Part shown: piece by piece, positions 26,701 to 39,674 of the stretch
Numbering within the stretch: the stretch's first letter is position 1
How the letters are laid out: each line of letters opens with the position of its first letter
From: Raja brachyura
Taxonomy: Eukaryota
NCBI GenBank assembly: GCA_963514005.1
Contig: OY740809.1
Location: 20,894,001 to 20,958,000 of the forward strand
Length of the DNA: 64,000 nt
Direction of reading: 5' to 3'
The notes under the pieces: generated by a model
The model's input: the letters and a program-made list of their open reading frames with translations, nothing else
What the model was told of the DNA's origin: nothing
Databases searched by the model: none
Position numbers and translations under genes: made by a program

Positions 26701-28844
26701 AAAAGCAGGTGGCCTTTGGGGGAATTAATCATCACCTGTCAGGAATGAGACTTTCCGTGACGGATGCTGTTAAATGCGGTCTGATTGATCAGGATATAGC
26801 AAGCGAATTGATTGAAGTGGAGAAAGCTGGTCGGCATGCATATATCCATCCAAAGACTATGGAGTCAATTAATTTATCTGATGCTGCATCATTAGATCTA
26901 GAGGACACTGCATTTGCTTTCAAAACTAAAGAAACTCAAGCCTGGAGTAGAAGCCTTAAGGAGCCGGTAGCTTCTGAAAATCTGACAATAAGACAAAGTA
27001 CTAATCAAGGAAGAACATCTGCACTGACAAAAGCAATGTCCTCTGAGCAGTATCGAGGAATTGTAGATCCTCAGCAGTGTAGGATAATACCTTACTCGGA
27101 GCTAATTAAAAAAGGAAAAATAGACTTGGAATCAGGCCAGAGATATATGGAAGCCAGATATTTCACAGGCATCCGAGATGAACTAGCAGGCAAGAACTTA
27201 ACACTTGCTGAAGCAGCAAAAACGAGGCATGTGGACCCAGTCGCTGCCATGAGACTGCTGCAAGCCCAGGCTGACACTGGTGGGATTGTAGACAGTACCA
27301 CTGGTGACAGGATGACACTGCAAAAAGCTGCACAATGTGAGCTACTAGATGATGATATGTTTGAGATTATTGTCACAAATCAGCTTTTGGATGGAGGAGT
27401 CATTGATCCACTCACTGGAGAGAGAGTGCCACTCCTTCAAGCGGTTGACAATGGTCTGATAAGCCATAAAATGGCTGAAGAAATCCAGTCCAATGTCGGA
27501 TCGACTGGTGAAAATTCTGATCCTGACGTGGGCACTAATCTGGAGATGGAAAAATTCATTATGCCATTGATACCAAGTACATCTTTTGACGGGGCACTCT
27601 CAAATGAAGGGAGTCAGATATTATCTCCAAAAATGGAAAAGGACTCCCATTTGAGGATTAGGGATGAAAATCCAGTTCTCAGTTATAAAAACAAAGTGCC
27701 TAATTCTCATGACAACCCAGTGGATTTATCATCTGGGCTACTGGTAGAAAAAATGCCTGTTACAAAGAATTCACTATCCCTGAAGTCTGTTGATATGAAA
27801 TATGTAGTACGTGAGAACAAAGAAAAAATTGATATCCCCACTATGTTAGCCCCTGAAGAAATGGTGTATATGGACAGAGAAACAAACATAAGCAATGTGG
27901 GACGAATGGTTGAGGAGGAAATGGAGCTTGATAATTATTCAAAGGATGGCTTCGACGTTATGGCGAATGTGCAAGATGTTATGAGTTTGGAAAGAACTGA
28001 TGAAAGGATCTTTGTGAAAAGAAAGAAGGATCATTCTGCTGATGAAAAACAAATGGTGATTTCTCACGATGTGATGGATGAGAGTGATCAAGGCATTTAT
28101 TTGACAATGGATTGTGGAATGAACGAATTCAAGTCAGATGCAAGGAAACATACACTGATAAGTAGGAAAGGACTTCCTGATTACTTACTGAAGGAAAGTG
28201 AGGAAACGGCTAAACAAACAATGAATGATGAAAGATTAGGAGGGAGCATGTCGAAAAGTAAGGATGATGGAAGAATGCTTTTACAACAAATAAAGGAGAC
28301 CATTGCAAGATCAATTCACGAAAGTCCAGGTGAATTGCAGTCATTTGTTGAAATGGTCCAACATGTTGGATGTAATGAAGAACCACATGGTAAAGTAAGG
28401 GAACTGAACAGTGTAAATGAAGATGCAGAATCAGCAGGTAAAATGTCAGAAGATGAAAATAAACTTTCAACTGTAAGTGAACAGAATGTGTTTGCGATGC
28501 CCATAATAAGGTCTGATAACAGTGAAAACATGGCAATGCTTTCAGAAGGCAGGCAACCAAATGCCAAATCCAGAGATGTAGTCGACTTGGGGATAAATGA
28601 AAGATGTGAACCAATAAAAGTTGCAGAAGAACAAAGACAAAATGAATTGACAGAATGTATCCAGCCTACCTTGGACAAAAAATTGAATTCTAATTTTGAA
28701 GAGGAGAATAAAAGTAGCCCGATGATAAACGAAGGCTTCCTGCAGAAACAGATTGATGAACCAACATTCATGGTCTTGAATGAACAAGGACGGATTATCA
28801 ACAAAGATACTGAGGACAAACAAGAAGTAATAACTGAAATACAG
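23715..28844 (+). CDS. MACF1: MACF1 giant plectin-repeat exon (MACF1b-type), 5130 nt / 1710 aa
   Basis: ttttccag| acceptor, CAG|gtaagc donor, phase 0 to 0. Plectin repeats (GGIVDPRTGHRLTVDEAV, GGIIDPVSAQRLSLDEAV, GGVIDPLTGERVPLLQAV) form two clusters at about 23715-24870 and 26050-27490, each followed by a low-complexity linker. Confidence 0.95.
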
Positions 28845-30769
28845 GTAAGCTTATTGGATCATTCTTCTTTAAACATTAGAATTATTTTTATATTTCTGTC
28901 TTTTCACATCCTTTGATTGCTTTGACCCAATTGAGAGGACGGAGGATTTCCTTGAATGCTGTTCTGTACCAGTCTCTGCAGGTATACAGCAGTGGTCTGG
29001 TACAACTTTCCCCTTTTGAAAGCCTGCTTCCAAACTTGATGTTGAGCATTCTTGTAAATGTTGTTCAGTCAAGTGGACAGGTGATGGAAAAAGTCAATTG
29101 ATGGGATAACTGACTGCTCCAAGGTCTTTAATTACGATTTAATGACCTGCTGCAGTGTTGCATTTCCTTAACCCATGCATTTGTTTCAAATATTTAGGAA
29201 ATAATTAGGAAATACTGGTATCCCAAGAACAAAATTTAAATTGATCATCAATGTAGTATTGAGAATGGAATGAAAGCATTAATGTTTAATTTTCAAGGTA
29301 TTGGAAATAAACACTAACAAAGACATCTGAAATGAGATCTCTATCCCATGAATAAAGATGAACATTATCTTTACTATTGGCCTTGAAAAGTGACATTTTG
29401 TAAATCACTTTTAACTGGTTGAAAATGCTTACTTAATTTTGGGAAACTGTTACTCTAATCTGCACAGGCAGAATTCAGTTAAAACGGAAATCCAAGAAAA
29501 GGCCACATTTTGGTGGGTTTTTTCACCTTCTCACTTGCAGTCTTGTATTTAAGATGACCCAATTGAGTGTTGCTTTTTACTGATAAATCAGTAGCATTAC
29601 AAGTGAAATAGCCATTAGAGACTGACGTGAGACTCAGTATGTGATGAACCACAGTTGGACATGCTTGTGGGGGGGTAACTTTGATTCTTCTAACAAATTC
29701 TGCATCAAGACAGCTGTTTGATCTGTTCTATATTCAAAATTGAGCAAAGGTTACTCTGAATTATATCATCTGTTGTTTACTGCATATCATTTTACAGTCT
29801 AAAACCATGTTATCTCCAGAGATTAGGTAGTTGGAAAGCAAATAGATTGCTGGGGAATGATTTGGTTCAGGTTGGAGGATAGAATTGAAGAAAAAAGAAA
29901 TACAAATTAATGTAAGTGTATTTTAGACTTTGCGAATCTCCAATGTTATTTTAATAGCTCAAACAACAACTTCAAAGAGCCTACACAGGCAAGGTTATCT
30001 GAATGGTAGCCTCCTGTGCTATAAGATTCTCTAATCAACATTTTACTCCCTTCTGGACATATCTCTTGGAGTCTGATTAAGGTCTATGTGACCATGCAAA
30101 TCGTCATAACTATTTTCTGAGGTTTGCAGAAGGCTTTGTACTATTTCACTTGTTATTCCACACAGCCATCGTGCTGAATTTGTGCCAGATCCTCCCTTTC
30201 TTCCAACTGCTCTTTGTGCAGATACTCTTATCTGTTTCCTCGCTGCTTCGTATAATGCAAGTAAAATCTTTTCGAAATAGAAATTACTTAAGTAACTTTG
30301 TTATAACAACCCAGTGAAAGATTAAACAGCAGTGAGGCTGAAATTTGGCATTTTCGCATTTTCTACATTTACCACAACTGAATAAAATGTTATTAAAGTA
30401 AAAGATCTGATTGCATTGATTCAGTGTATAACATTAATCACATTTTGATGGAATACCAAGGAAAATTTCAATTTCTTGTTAGGGAAAGTTGTTACATGCC
30501 CTTCCTATGAATGCTGAAAAGTGAAATCTATATTTTAAGTCGGCTACAATGTACTATCGTACATATAAAAGATGATGTTCTTTATCCCCCCCCCCAAGCA
30601 GGATGACTTAATTAAAACAGTCTTTCACAGAGTTGGGCTTGAATTTGGTGTCAGATATGAGATCTGTTATCATTCCAAAGCTGGCTTAAAAAAAATTGAA
30701 GTTCTTACAATATAATTTGTTTATTGAGGCAAAAAAACTCATCATGAGCTGTATTTAGTGGGTGCAAGA

Positions 30770-30955
30770 TATTGCAGATGTTGGTTTACAAAAGAAAACA
30801 CAAAGTGTTAGAGAAACTCAGGAAGTCAGGCAGCATCTCTGGAGAAGATTGATAGGTGATGTTTTGGGCCGGGACCCTTCTTCATCCATCTAAATAAGGG
30901 TCCTGACCGTAGTCACCTATCCATGGTCTCCAGAGATACTGCCTGACCCAGTGAG
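30770..30955. mobile_element. Fold-back Penelope-derived repeat
   Basis: Inverted arms GTCAGGCAGCATCTCTGGAGA / TCTCCAGAGATACTGCCTGAC. Confidence 0.7.
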
Positions 30956-31599
30956 CACAAGCGTGAAAGCATTGCATCCTTTCCCCAGGATAGGGGGATT
31001 TTCTAACTTCCCCCTTATGCATACACCCTTCTGATTACATCTGTAATAATGGAATGGCCAGGTTGTTTGTTGCAGTCGGGTATCATTCTGCATATTTGGC
31101 TGAGCCCTTTTGAATGATTTTCTTTTTGCAGTAGAATATAGATTAGAGATCATGGATTATGATCTTCGCAGTACATCTGTCACCTTTGTTGCCATGCTAC
31201 TGTATATCATCTCATCCAAACAGATTGACAGAGTCAAAGGCTCTGAATTATGAGTACATTATTGAACATTGTCAAGTCGGGTAAAGAAAGGAAAATGTGC
31301 CTTGTAAAGTTAATTTTCAGTGACAGAGCTGATGTTTGACATCTGTCAAGTCAAGATGAGTTTATCATCATGTGCACAAGTATGATGAAGTGCAGGAACA
31401 ATGAAAATGGTGCTTGCAGCAGCATCACAGGCACATAGCCTCAGGCAAACACACAGAAATCACATTGTGCACAACTGTGAAAAGAAAAAAACTGCAAAGA
31501 AACAAACATTAGTGCAAAATCAGCGACAGTGCAAGAGGTAGGATGTAGTGGTCTGATGAATTAGAATTAGGGTTGTGCAGGTCAGTACAAGAACTTGAT

Positions 31600-32328
31600 G
31601 ATTATGGATCGTGGATGTGGAGAGGATGTTTCACTGGTGGGAGAGTCTTGGGCCAGAGGTCATAGTCACAGAATTAAAGGATGTTTCTTTAGGAAGGAGA
31701 TGAGGAGGAATTTCTTTAGAATTTCTAAAATTTCTTTAGGTGGTGAATCTGTGGAATTCTTTGCCACAGAAGGCTGCGGAGGCCAAGTCAATGGATATTT
31801 TTAAGGCAGAGATAGATAGATTTTTGATTAGTAAGGGTGTCAAGGGTTATGGGGAGAAGGCAGGAGAATGTGGTTAGGAGGGAGAGAGAGATCAGCCATG
31901 ATTGAATGTCGGAGTAGACTTGATGGGCCGATTGGCCTAATTCCACTCTCATCACTTATGACCTTATGATTATTGGAAAGTAACTGTTCCTGAACCTGAT
32001 GGTGTGGGTGTTTGGGCTTCAGTCGTCCTTTCCTTGTTGCGTTAAACCTATGCCTTCTAGTTCTTGATTCCCCTATCCTGGGGAAAAAAACTATGTGCAT
32101 TCACCCTATCTATCCAGCTCATGAATTTATAAACTGCCATAAGATCTTAACCTTTAACATCCTGCACTCAAGGAAGTAAAGTCCTAGCTGCCCAACCGCT
32201 CCCTGCAGCTCGGGCACTTGAATCCTGGCAAAATCCTCAAATAATCTTTTATGCATGTTTTCCAGCTTAATTCCATCTTTTCTATAGCAGGGTGACCAAA
32301 ACAGAACATAATACTCCCAAGTGTGGTG
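31600..32328. mobile_element. CR1 fragments (+ about 31600-31960, - about 32040-32328)
   Basis: Peptides RKEMRRNFF and EYYVLFWSPCYRKDGIKLE are CR1 ORF2 3' end. Confidence 0.7.
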
Positions 32329-32639
32329 CAAAATAGTAAGATTAAATGAGAGCTTACCAGTTTGAAGTTTGATCTTTATTTTATGAGGGCTTACAGTGAG
32401 CGATTACGTGAAGCCAGTGCACATGCGGGGTTCAGTGTGTCTATATACTACAGACCATATATATATACACAATAAATAAACAGATAATATGCAATAGTCT
32501 GTTATTTTTCCAGAGTTTGGAGTTTGGTGGTGGTGGGTCCACCAGTTTAAATTTCATTTTGAATATTTTTGGAGGACCAGGAAACCAGGAAGCAACAGTT
32601 ACTCCAGAGAGTTGCTCCAGCTCCAGGGAGTGATTCTGC

Positions 32640-33098
32640 ATTGTTTTTCAATAGTCACGGTGAGGCAGCGACCGGACAGCAATGGAGGCCAAAACTCCCA
32701 CAATGCAAAGGGAGGGAGAAAGTGGCTGACGACGACCAGTTGCCGTGGCAGTGCGCATGTGCAGGGCCACACATGCGCACAACCACGGCCGATGATGCGC
32801 TTGGCAGCCGGCCGTGCCGAGCGGAGACCCGAGCGCAGAGAGCACAGGGCTAGAGACGAGCGCAAGAGCCGAGCGCTAGCGCAGAGAGCTAGCGCCGAGT
32901 GCAGAGAGCTAGCGCCGAGAGCAGAGAGCTAGCGCAGAGAGCTAGCGCCGAGAGCAGAGAGCTAGCGCAGAGAGCTAGCGCCGAGACTCGGACACGGATG
33001 GCGGGCGGGTGTCCCGGTTGCTTGGCATGGCTTTTAGGTTGCCCGGCGGGACTGTAGGTTGCCATTGGCACCCGGGCAACCTCTAATTTCGAGCCCTG
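32640..33098. mobile_element. One end of a GC-rich hAT-like DNA element nested in the DIRS
   Basis: Terminus CAGGGCTCGAAATT on the minus strand at 33098, with repeated GGTTGCC subterminal motifs; abuts the truncated RT; left boundary uncertain. Confidence 0.5.
32875..32986. repeat. Minisatellite of 20-bp (GCAGAGAGCTAGCGCCGAGA) and 13-bp (GCAGAGAGCTAGC) units
   Basis: Directly visible. Confidence 0.9.
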
Positions 33099-35084
33099 AT
33101 ATAACATCCTTTGGAAACCAGTTGCTTAGGAGTCCTGAAAGTTTCCATTTTAAAGTGTTTATACTGGACATAGGAGTTCATTCGGGTTAGGTCTAGAATG
33201 ACTCGACATCCAACATCCTTCTTTTGCTTGGGGAATATATTAGTGCTGAGGCTGATGAGCCGTCCTTTCAATTGCCCGTTTTTTGAATAAAGTTTCAATT
33301 TCATAATTTACCTGTTTTAGAGTTTCTGGATTTGGAAACACCAATTCTTGACTTGGTGTATGTTGTGAGTGGATGTAATTCAAAATTAAACTCAATTTGA
33401 AACTCAGTATAAACGCCTTTGATGTTATGCAGTACGATTCATTGTAGAACAATTGCAATCTACCCCCTACTGGTGACTGGTCTCTAGAGGATATGTCCTG
33501 GACAAGTCCAGCTGCTCATACGGCCATGGTTGCTGGATTCTTTTGCCTCCTAATTTTGCTGGGGATGTGCACTGTTGCATGCCAATGGCGTAGTAATGGG
33601 AGCTTGCCCCGCACCAGCGTCTGTGACCCATCTGAAGGGGTATGGTTGACGAGGTGGCATCCTGCTTGTCGAAAGTGATTTGATAAGGCCGACAGTCTTC
33701 GCCTCGTCATCTAAGTCTTTGACTTGTTTTGCCAGATCTTCACCAAACAACAAGTTTGGTGGCTGTATGTTGGATGATCTGCACAGTGTTGCAAATTTCG
33801 GATTCAAAGTTGGCTTGATGGCGTTTTTCGTCAGGCAGTTGATCTCAAAGTGGGCGTTACACATCCACAGTATGTCTTGATAATGGTGCCCTTTGACTGA
33901 CTGACCAAATGCAGTTATGCCTGATCCGATTAGTTTTAAGGCTTTCTGCAGCCTTGGTTCATGCAATCGAATGGTTGCAACCATTTGCCCCCGGATGGAC
34001 TGGTTCACAGTGGGCACTCTGAGTGATGCACAAATTACTGGTGTCTCATATCGTTTGGATGTTTCATCCATTGTTAATTCTTGGAGCTGTTGAGAGGTCA
34101 TGTAATTAATGTTTCTGGCCAGATTTTTGCCTCACCAGTTCCTGCCGGTATTGCGAATTTGCATGCCACGTCCGGCACACCTGGAGCTAAGCTCTTGTGC
34201 TTTGGGGTATGCTCCTCTGCTATGCCACCAACTTCAGGGTCAGTATCACACTACCCTGGCTCTCCCTGCTCATGCATAAGGGAGGTATCATGCAGCCCTC
34301 GACCTGGCGCTGCTGGTATGGGCTCCCATGCAGACCCACGGATGTATGCTTACTCCTGTTGGTACAGGTCTTCCCTGCATAGACCTGTGCCGGAGGCTGT
34401 TGCTGCGGGCTGCTGGGGTAACCTAGGAGTATAGAACTCTTGTTGGGACACCTCATGATGGAGTATCTTTCCCATGAGGTGCTCCATTTTGTCTAGATGT
34501 CCTCCATGGTGGGAGGTGACTTCTCTTGGCCTGACTCATCAGAGTCCACAGGCCTTGGTGATTTTCTTTTGGCCTTTGTCCCGACTGGAGTGGCCATGGT
34601 GCTCTATGGCACCGGAGTCGCTGCCGCTGGTTGAACTGTCGGCGGTTCTGGAGCCGGCGTAAGCGCCCGCCCGCTGACTGCAGTCCCGGGGTCAATTTTC
34701 TTGACTTACCCGGCGGCACGACTCTACCTCCCTTTACCCGATTTGTCAATGTCCCTGCTGGCTCCTGAAACTAGCCTTACAGGACCTTGGGAACATTCGC
34801 AACGTAGTTAAAACTTACCTGCGAGTTTTTACTTACTGCAGGTGGAGCTGCGCTCTCCAGCCCGTCGCTGCGCCATGCGTCTGACGTAATGACGCGCATG
34901 CGCACTGGCGGGCCTTCTTCACGGAATCACTCTCGTGACTCCAAAGTAAAATCATCCATATGGCCACAGTTTTGTAGGTGCAAAGATCAATCTGTGTTGT
35001 AGTTTAAAATATATATATAATTTCTATTGAATTCCATGAAATTATAATTGATATATTTGTTTTATTATTTCCTATTGTCACCAG

Positions 35085-35234
35085 CCTTTTTGTAGTAAGC
35101 AGCAATGCCTGGAACATGACAAGAATCTTGTTTCTTACCTGTCTCATGTGCTGGATATTGAGGTCAGGCTGAAGCAACAGAAGCCAGTTGCTGACAACCT
35201 GCCAATGCTTCTTGAACAATTGCACGTGGCAAAG
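35085..35234 (+). CDS. MACF1: MACF1b-type exon (PFCSKQQCLEHDKNLVSYLSHVLDIEVRLKQQ...)
   Basis: caccag|, |gttagt, 150 nt open, phase 0 to 0; resembles the MACF1b sequence after the giant exon. Confidence 0.82.
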
Positions 35235-35297
35235 GTTAGTCCATCATGCTTAATAGTTATGATTGGTATTTATTTATCAGAACTCAATTCTGCTTTG

Positions 35298-35528
35298 TAG
35301 GAACAGGAAACTGCAGATGCTGGTTTACTAAAGAAAAACACAAAGTGCTGGAGTAACTCAGCACGTCAGACAGCATCTCTAGAGACCGTGGATAGCTAAT
35401 GTTTTGGGTCAGATCTCTTCTTCAGTCACTTCTGAAGAAGGTTCCCAACGTGAAACGTCACCTATCCACATTCTCCAGGAATGCTGCCTGATCCACTGAG
35501 TTACTCCAGCACTTTGTGTCTTTCCTTG
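35298..35528. mobile_element. Fold-back Penelope-derived repeat; sense-strand hammerhead core at 35432-35459
   Basis: Inverted arms; CTGAAGA..GAAACGTC; TSD AATTCTG(C/G)TTTG at 35286-35297 and 35529-35540. Confidence 0.75.
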
Positions 35529-35676
35529 AATTCTGGTTTGGACTTTTTCCTCAAATTTTGCTTAGTTTTTTGATGGTTAAACTGTGCAGTGCATTCTATT
35601 TATTTGTTTTGACATCTGATTTTTATAATTTTTGAAAATGCTGGAGTCTTTCACACTGTCTTCACACTGATTTTAG

Positions 35677-35886
35677 GGCTTTGAAGCAGAACTTGAGAAG
35701 CTATCAGTCCAGATTGACCAGGAGATGATATTGGTTAAGACACTCGAAGGATGCACACATGTACCTGATCAATTACAGAAGGCGCTTGAGAAAGACTCGA
35801 AAAGCTTGCAGATCTCATTTACCTCGGTCTACGAGCAGTCAAAAGCTTGGCATGGAGCATTGACAGATATTCTGGCAACGAAGAAA
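35677..35886 (+). CDS. MACF1: MACF1b-type exon (GFEAELEKLSVQIDQE...VPDQLQKALEKDSKSLQISF)
   Basis: ttttag|, |gtaagc, 210 nt; VPxQLxKALEKDxKxLQ motif. Confidence 0.85.
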
Positions 35887-36562
35887 GTAAGCTAAATGAA
35901 AGACAGAAAATCAAATCATTTAAAAATGTATATTTCTTGGTTTCTTCCTTTGTGAGCATTATCCGTGATCAGTGTATAAAGGTCATCTAATGAAAGTATA
36001 TACTTGGTGGTTGGTTTATTTAGTTTAGAGATACAGCAAGGAAACAGGCCCTTCCGCCTACCGAGTCTGTGCCAACCAGCGATCACTCCATACACTAGCA
36101 CTATCCTACACACTAGGGACAATTTATAATTTTTACTGAAGCCAATTAACCTACAAATCTGTATGTCTGCCGTCAATTGAACCTGTATGAGGATAACATG
36201 TAATCATAGGTAAATTATTGAACAGTTGTCAGTGGACATGCAATGTAGATGCAAATGGTTGCACATCCATTAGTATTTGCAGTTGCTGAACTGCTACTTA
36301 AACTAGAGTTTTTCAACTATTACTTCGTGTTAATGTATGTCCAAATCAATCTTGGACCTATTTATCACTGACTTGTGATGGAATTTGTGATGGTTCATTA
36401 AATCACAATGCTGATTCTGCATCATTTTTTATTGTCCTGGATTGGAAACCAAATAATGTTTCTTCAACTGATCAGGCATTTACCTTCAACGGTGGTCAAC
36501 TATCCTCAAGATATGACCTTAATATTTTGTAATAACTGGAACTCATTTGGTAATTGTTTTAA

Positions 36563-37074
36563 AGGGCCTGTCCCACTTGGGCGACCTAATCCGTGAGTTC
36601 TGGCGAGTTTGCCCTCGACTCCTACTCACAGCATAGTCGACACAAGGTCGTAGGAGGTCTACGTAACTCTCCTTCATGCTCGAGAGTGGTCTCCGCGTTC
36701 TCGAGGCCTCAGCTAGGGCGTGGCGTTTTTTCAATATGTTAAAAAATGCCCGCGAGTAAAAAAAGAGTAGCCATGGGAAAAATCGATACTTTTTTTACTC
36801 GTAGGTTTAGTCGTAGTAGGTCGTCATGTTAGTCATAGGTAATCGAAGGTAGTTGTAGATAGTCTTCATCATATTCGATGGGAGGTCGAAGGAGGTCGTC
36901 TTCACTCTCCACTATTCGCTGTCCAATTTTCCCGAAGTTAGTCGTAGCTAGTGGAAGCTGGTCTTCAACATGGTCGAAGGAGGTCTTCTACATAGTCGAG
37001 GGAGGTCTTCAACATGTCATTTTTTCAAACCCTTCTAAACTCGCCAAATAGGTCACCCAAGTGGGACAGCCCCT
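36563..37074. mobile_element. PIF/Harbinger-like MITE
   Basis: TIRs AGGGCCTGTCCCACTTGGGCGACCTA / TAGGTCACCCAAGTGGGACAGCCCCT; TAA TSD at 36560-62 and 37075-77. Confidence 0.85.
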
Positions 37075-37877
37075 TAAGTATGCTGATTTTTGACACTTTG
37101 TCATAAAGCAGTCAGAGTACAGTATATCCGTTAAAAATTAGATGAAACAAAAACAAAGAGAAAGTGTTGGCTTGCTATCTTGTTATGAATGGGGAAAAGA
37201 AGCTTTTTCAAAAGTTTTTCCAAGGATCAGTTTTAATTTGCTAGGTATCCACATCATAGGGGTGGGGGGGGGGGGGGGGGGGAATTTGCAAGGTGTATAA
37301 TAGTGAAATATTCAGCTTCTTTCCTATGGATTAAATAGTTAATGTAAGATTAAGCTTTGATCACTGTTCCATCTGGACACAATATGTTACAATTAAATCT
37401 GTGCCATTGCCAAAATTGTGATCGCAGCATTTCAGCACTATACTTCAGCATCAATCATAAAATACACACTGGATCAGACAGAAAAATGAACAACTTGTGT
37501 GATGAGACAAGTTGTTTCTTTCAACCACCTGCTCTGCAGCTCCAAAACCAAAATTTGTATCCTTGAATGAGCATGCAGTTATTTTAGGTGGTCTATAGAA
37601 AACTGGATTTGCTAAATTATCAGACAATATATTCATTGATTAGTCATCACAGTGATTTGTAGCATTGTTTGCTAACACATTTTGCAGAGTCTAATCAGCA
37701 GTCAGATCACTAGGAATATCATTGAGAGCAAAATTCAAACAGTTGCCTTGACTTGTTACATTACAATTAAGTTAGTGAGTTTTAAAAAAGGGCCTTCGGT
37801 ATTATGTTAGACAGCAGACCAGATCTTGCTGGAAACCATTTCCAGTGTTTTTGTTCATGGAGTGTACATTTCATTAC

Positions 37878-38145
37878 CTCGTAGCGTCAGAGATAGAGGT
37901 TCGATCCCAACTTCGGGTGCTGTCTGTGAGAACTGTTCGAATGTTCTCCCTGTGACCATGTGGCCTTCTTCTGGGTGCTCTGGTTTCCTCCCACGTCCCA
38001 AATACGTGTGGGTTTGTAGGTTAATTGGCCTCTGTAACTTGCCCTGGTATGTTGGGAGTAAATGCAAAAGTGGGATAACATAGAACTAGTGATGGTCAGC
38101 GTGGACTCGATGGGCCGAATAGCCTGTTTCCATCCTGTATCTTTC
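37878..38145 (+). mobile_element. HE1-like V-SINE, 5'-eroded
   Basis: B box GGTTCGATCC, V-domain and CR1-like tail. Confidence 0.8.
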
Positions 38146-39357
38146 AGAGGGAAGTTCCTTTGATGGACAAGAAAAATGAAAAAGTAATAATTTGCTCCAA
38201 ATGTGCTTTTTACTTTTGCCCATAAATAGCAACAGGAAAATGACGATTTAATCTGTTTTTAATTATGTTGTTTAAGATAAGAGAGGAATGTTTCTGAACA
38301 TATTGGACATGTGGCTATATTAGTTTTTCCTTTTGAATGGGTGTTTGGTCAATGGGCTCAATTTAGCCAGCTGTCTAAGTTTTTAAGCTGTTTGCACACT
38401 TACTGCTGTTGCTGGGAAGTGTAATTTAATATAGCATCTCACCACAAGGTAAAGAGGTATGTAAGAAGTGAGGCCATGCTGGGTGCAGGTTGCCAGTTGC
38501 TGGCAGTGGATTCTGGTATACCAAAGGCTGTAGTCGGAAAGCTTAACAAGTGTTTTTGCCCAATAAAAGTTCTTCTGCATAAGGGAATAAAATAACAACA
38601 TTTCTGACTTGTGTAATTGAAGTTAAATTTCTCAAAATGTGGCTGGACGTTGACAGTTGTGGAGATCTAATAGAAACAGTCCAGTTAAAGAGAGGTTTAT
38701 ACTTCTATCATCCCCTCCAGGATTCAAGGTGATCAAGAAATGAATTGCATTAGAAATTGCTGTTCTCATGTAGGGAACATACTGTAGCGTGCACCCAGAA
38801 ATAGCATTAGCCAAATGACTAGATAATCTGTTTTTAATTTGGTTTGTTGAGGAATGTGTTGGCCAGGACTCTTGAGATTATTCCCCTTCTCTTCCAAAAT
38901 CTTTGAGAGAAGTTGGACGTCTGTTTTTAAAATCATTCCACATGATGGCTTCTTTGGGTGGGCCGCGTACTATCAGAGCGGCAAGGTCAACTCAGATTTT
39001 TGAGGAGGGCCTGAACCCACAAATTTAAGTTGGTTGCTTGGAAAGGTAAAAGACCATAAGGTGGTTTCAAATTTGTTTAGTTGAGATATGCGAGGACTGT
39101 TTCTGAATATCATGCATATGTCGAAATACTAGTATTTCCGTTGAATAGGTTTTTGGTTAACAGGCACCATTTTAACTAGTTGAGTAATTTCATTGCATTC
39201 TCCCATTAGGTAGATCATATTATCTAATTTATATGCTGATTTCTTCAGGAACCCAAAATAAAAAATTCAGATGATCATAACTTGTAGGTGTAATAATAAT
39301 TTGAATTTTAGGGGAAGCAGAACTCCTGGCAAGATGCAATAACTACCCTATGAATTT

Positions 39358-39674
39358 ACTTTAGAGGTACTGCATGGAAACAGGCCCTTTTGCCCACTGA
39401 ATCTACACTGGCCATCCATCACCCATTGGCACTACTTCGATGTTACCCCAGTTTTCGCATCCACTCTGTACACACTAGGGTTAATTTACAGTCAATTAAC
39501 CCACAAACCCGCACGTCTTTGGGAAGTGGGGGAAAAGTCGGGGCACCCGGAGGAAACCAACGCTGTCACGGGGAGAACCTGCAAACTCCACTTGGGCAGC
39601 CTCCGAGGACTGGATCGAACGTGGTTTGCAGTTGGCTCTGTGAGGCAGCAGCTCCACCAGCCGTGTCATTGTGC
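39358..39674 (-). mobile_element. HE1-like V-SINE
   Basis: Reverse-complement similarity to 3398-3703. Confidence 0.8.

Larger units (their letters stand above)
32330..34951 (-). mobile_element. Defective DIRS-like (tyrosine recombinase) retrotransposon
   Basis: Gag-like ORFs at 33550-34749; RT start (FPKQKKDVGCRVILDLTRMNSYVQYKHFKMET) at 33099-33460; imperfect inverted termini (CGTGAAG..CCAGTGCRCATGCG); TTTT at both ends on the minus strand; no RNase H or YR. Confidence 0.8.

Noticed and set aside
23831-28823. Several antisense ORFs over the giant exon
   Set aside because: Shadow frames of the coding strand with no recognisable domains
23697-28916. 1739-aa ORF as a stand-alone intronless gene
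   Set aside because: It is bounded by strong in-phase splice sites (23715, 28844), starts at GTG in the intron, and continues MACF1 homology on both sides
32875-32986. CRISPR-like array
   Set aside because: Eukaryotic context, no unique spacers; a simple minisatellite
37261-37282. Poly-G runs (also 44530-44546, 55473-55494) as functional G-quadruplexes
   Set aside because: Homopolymers mostly within repeats; length unreliable and no independent support
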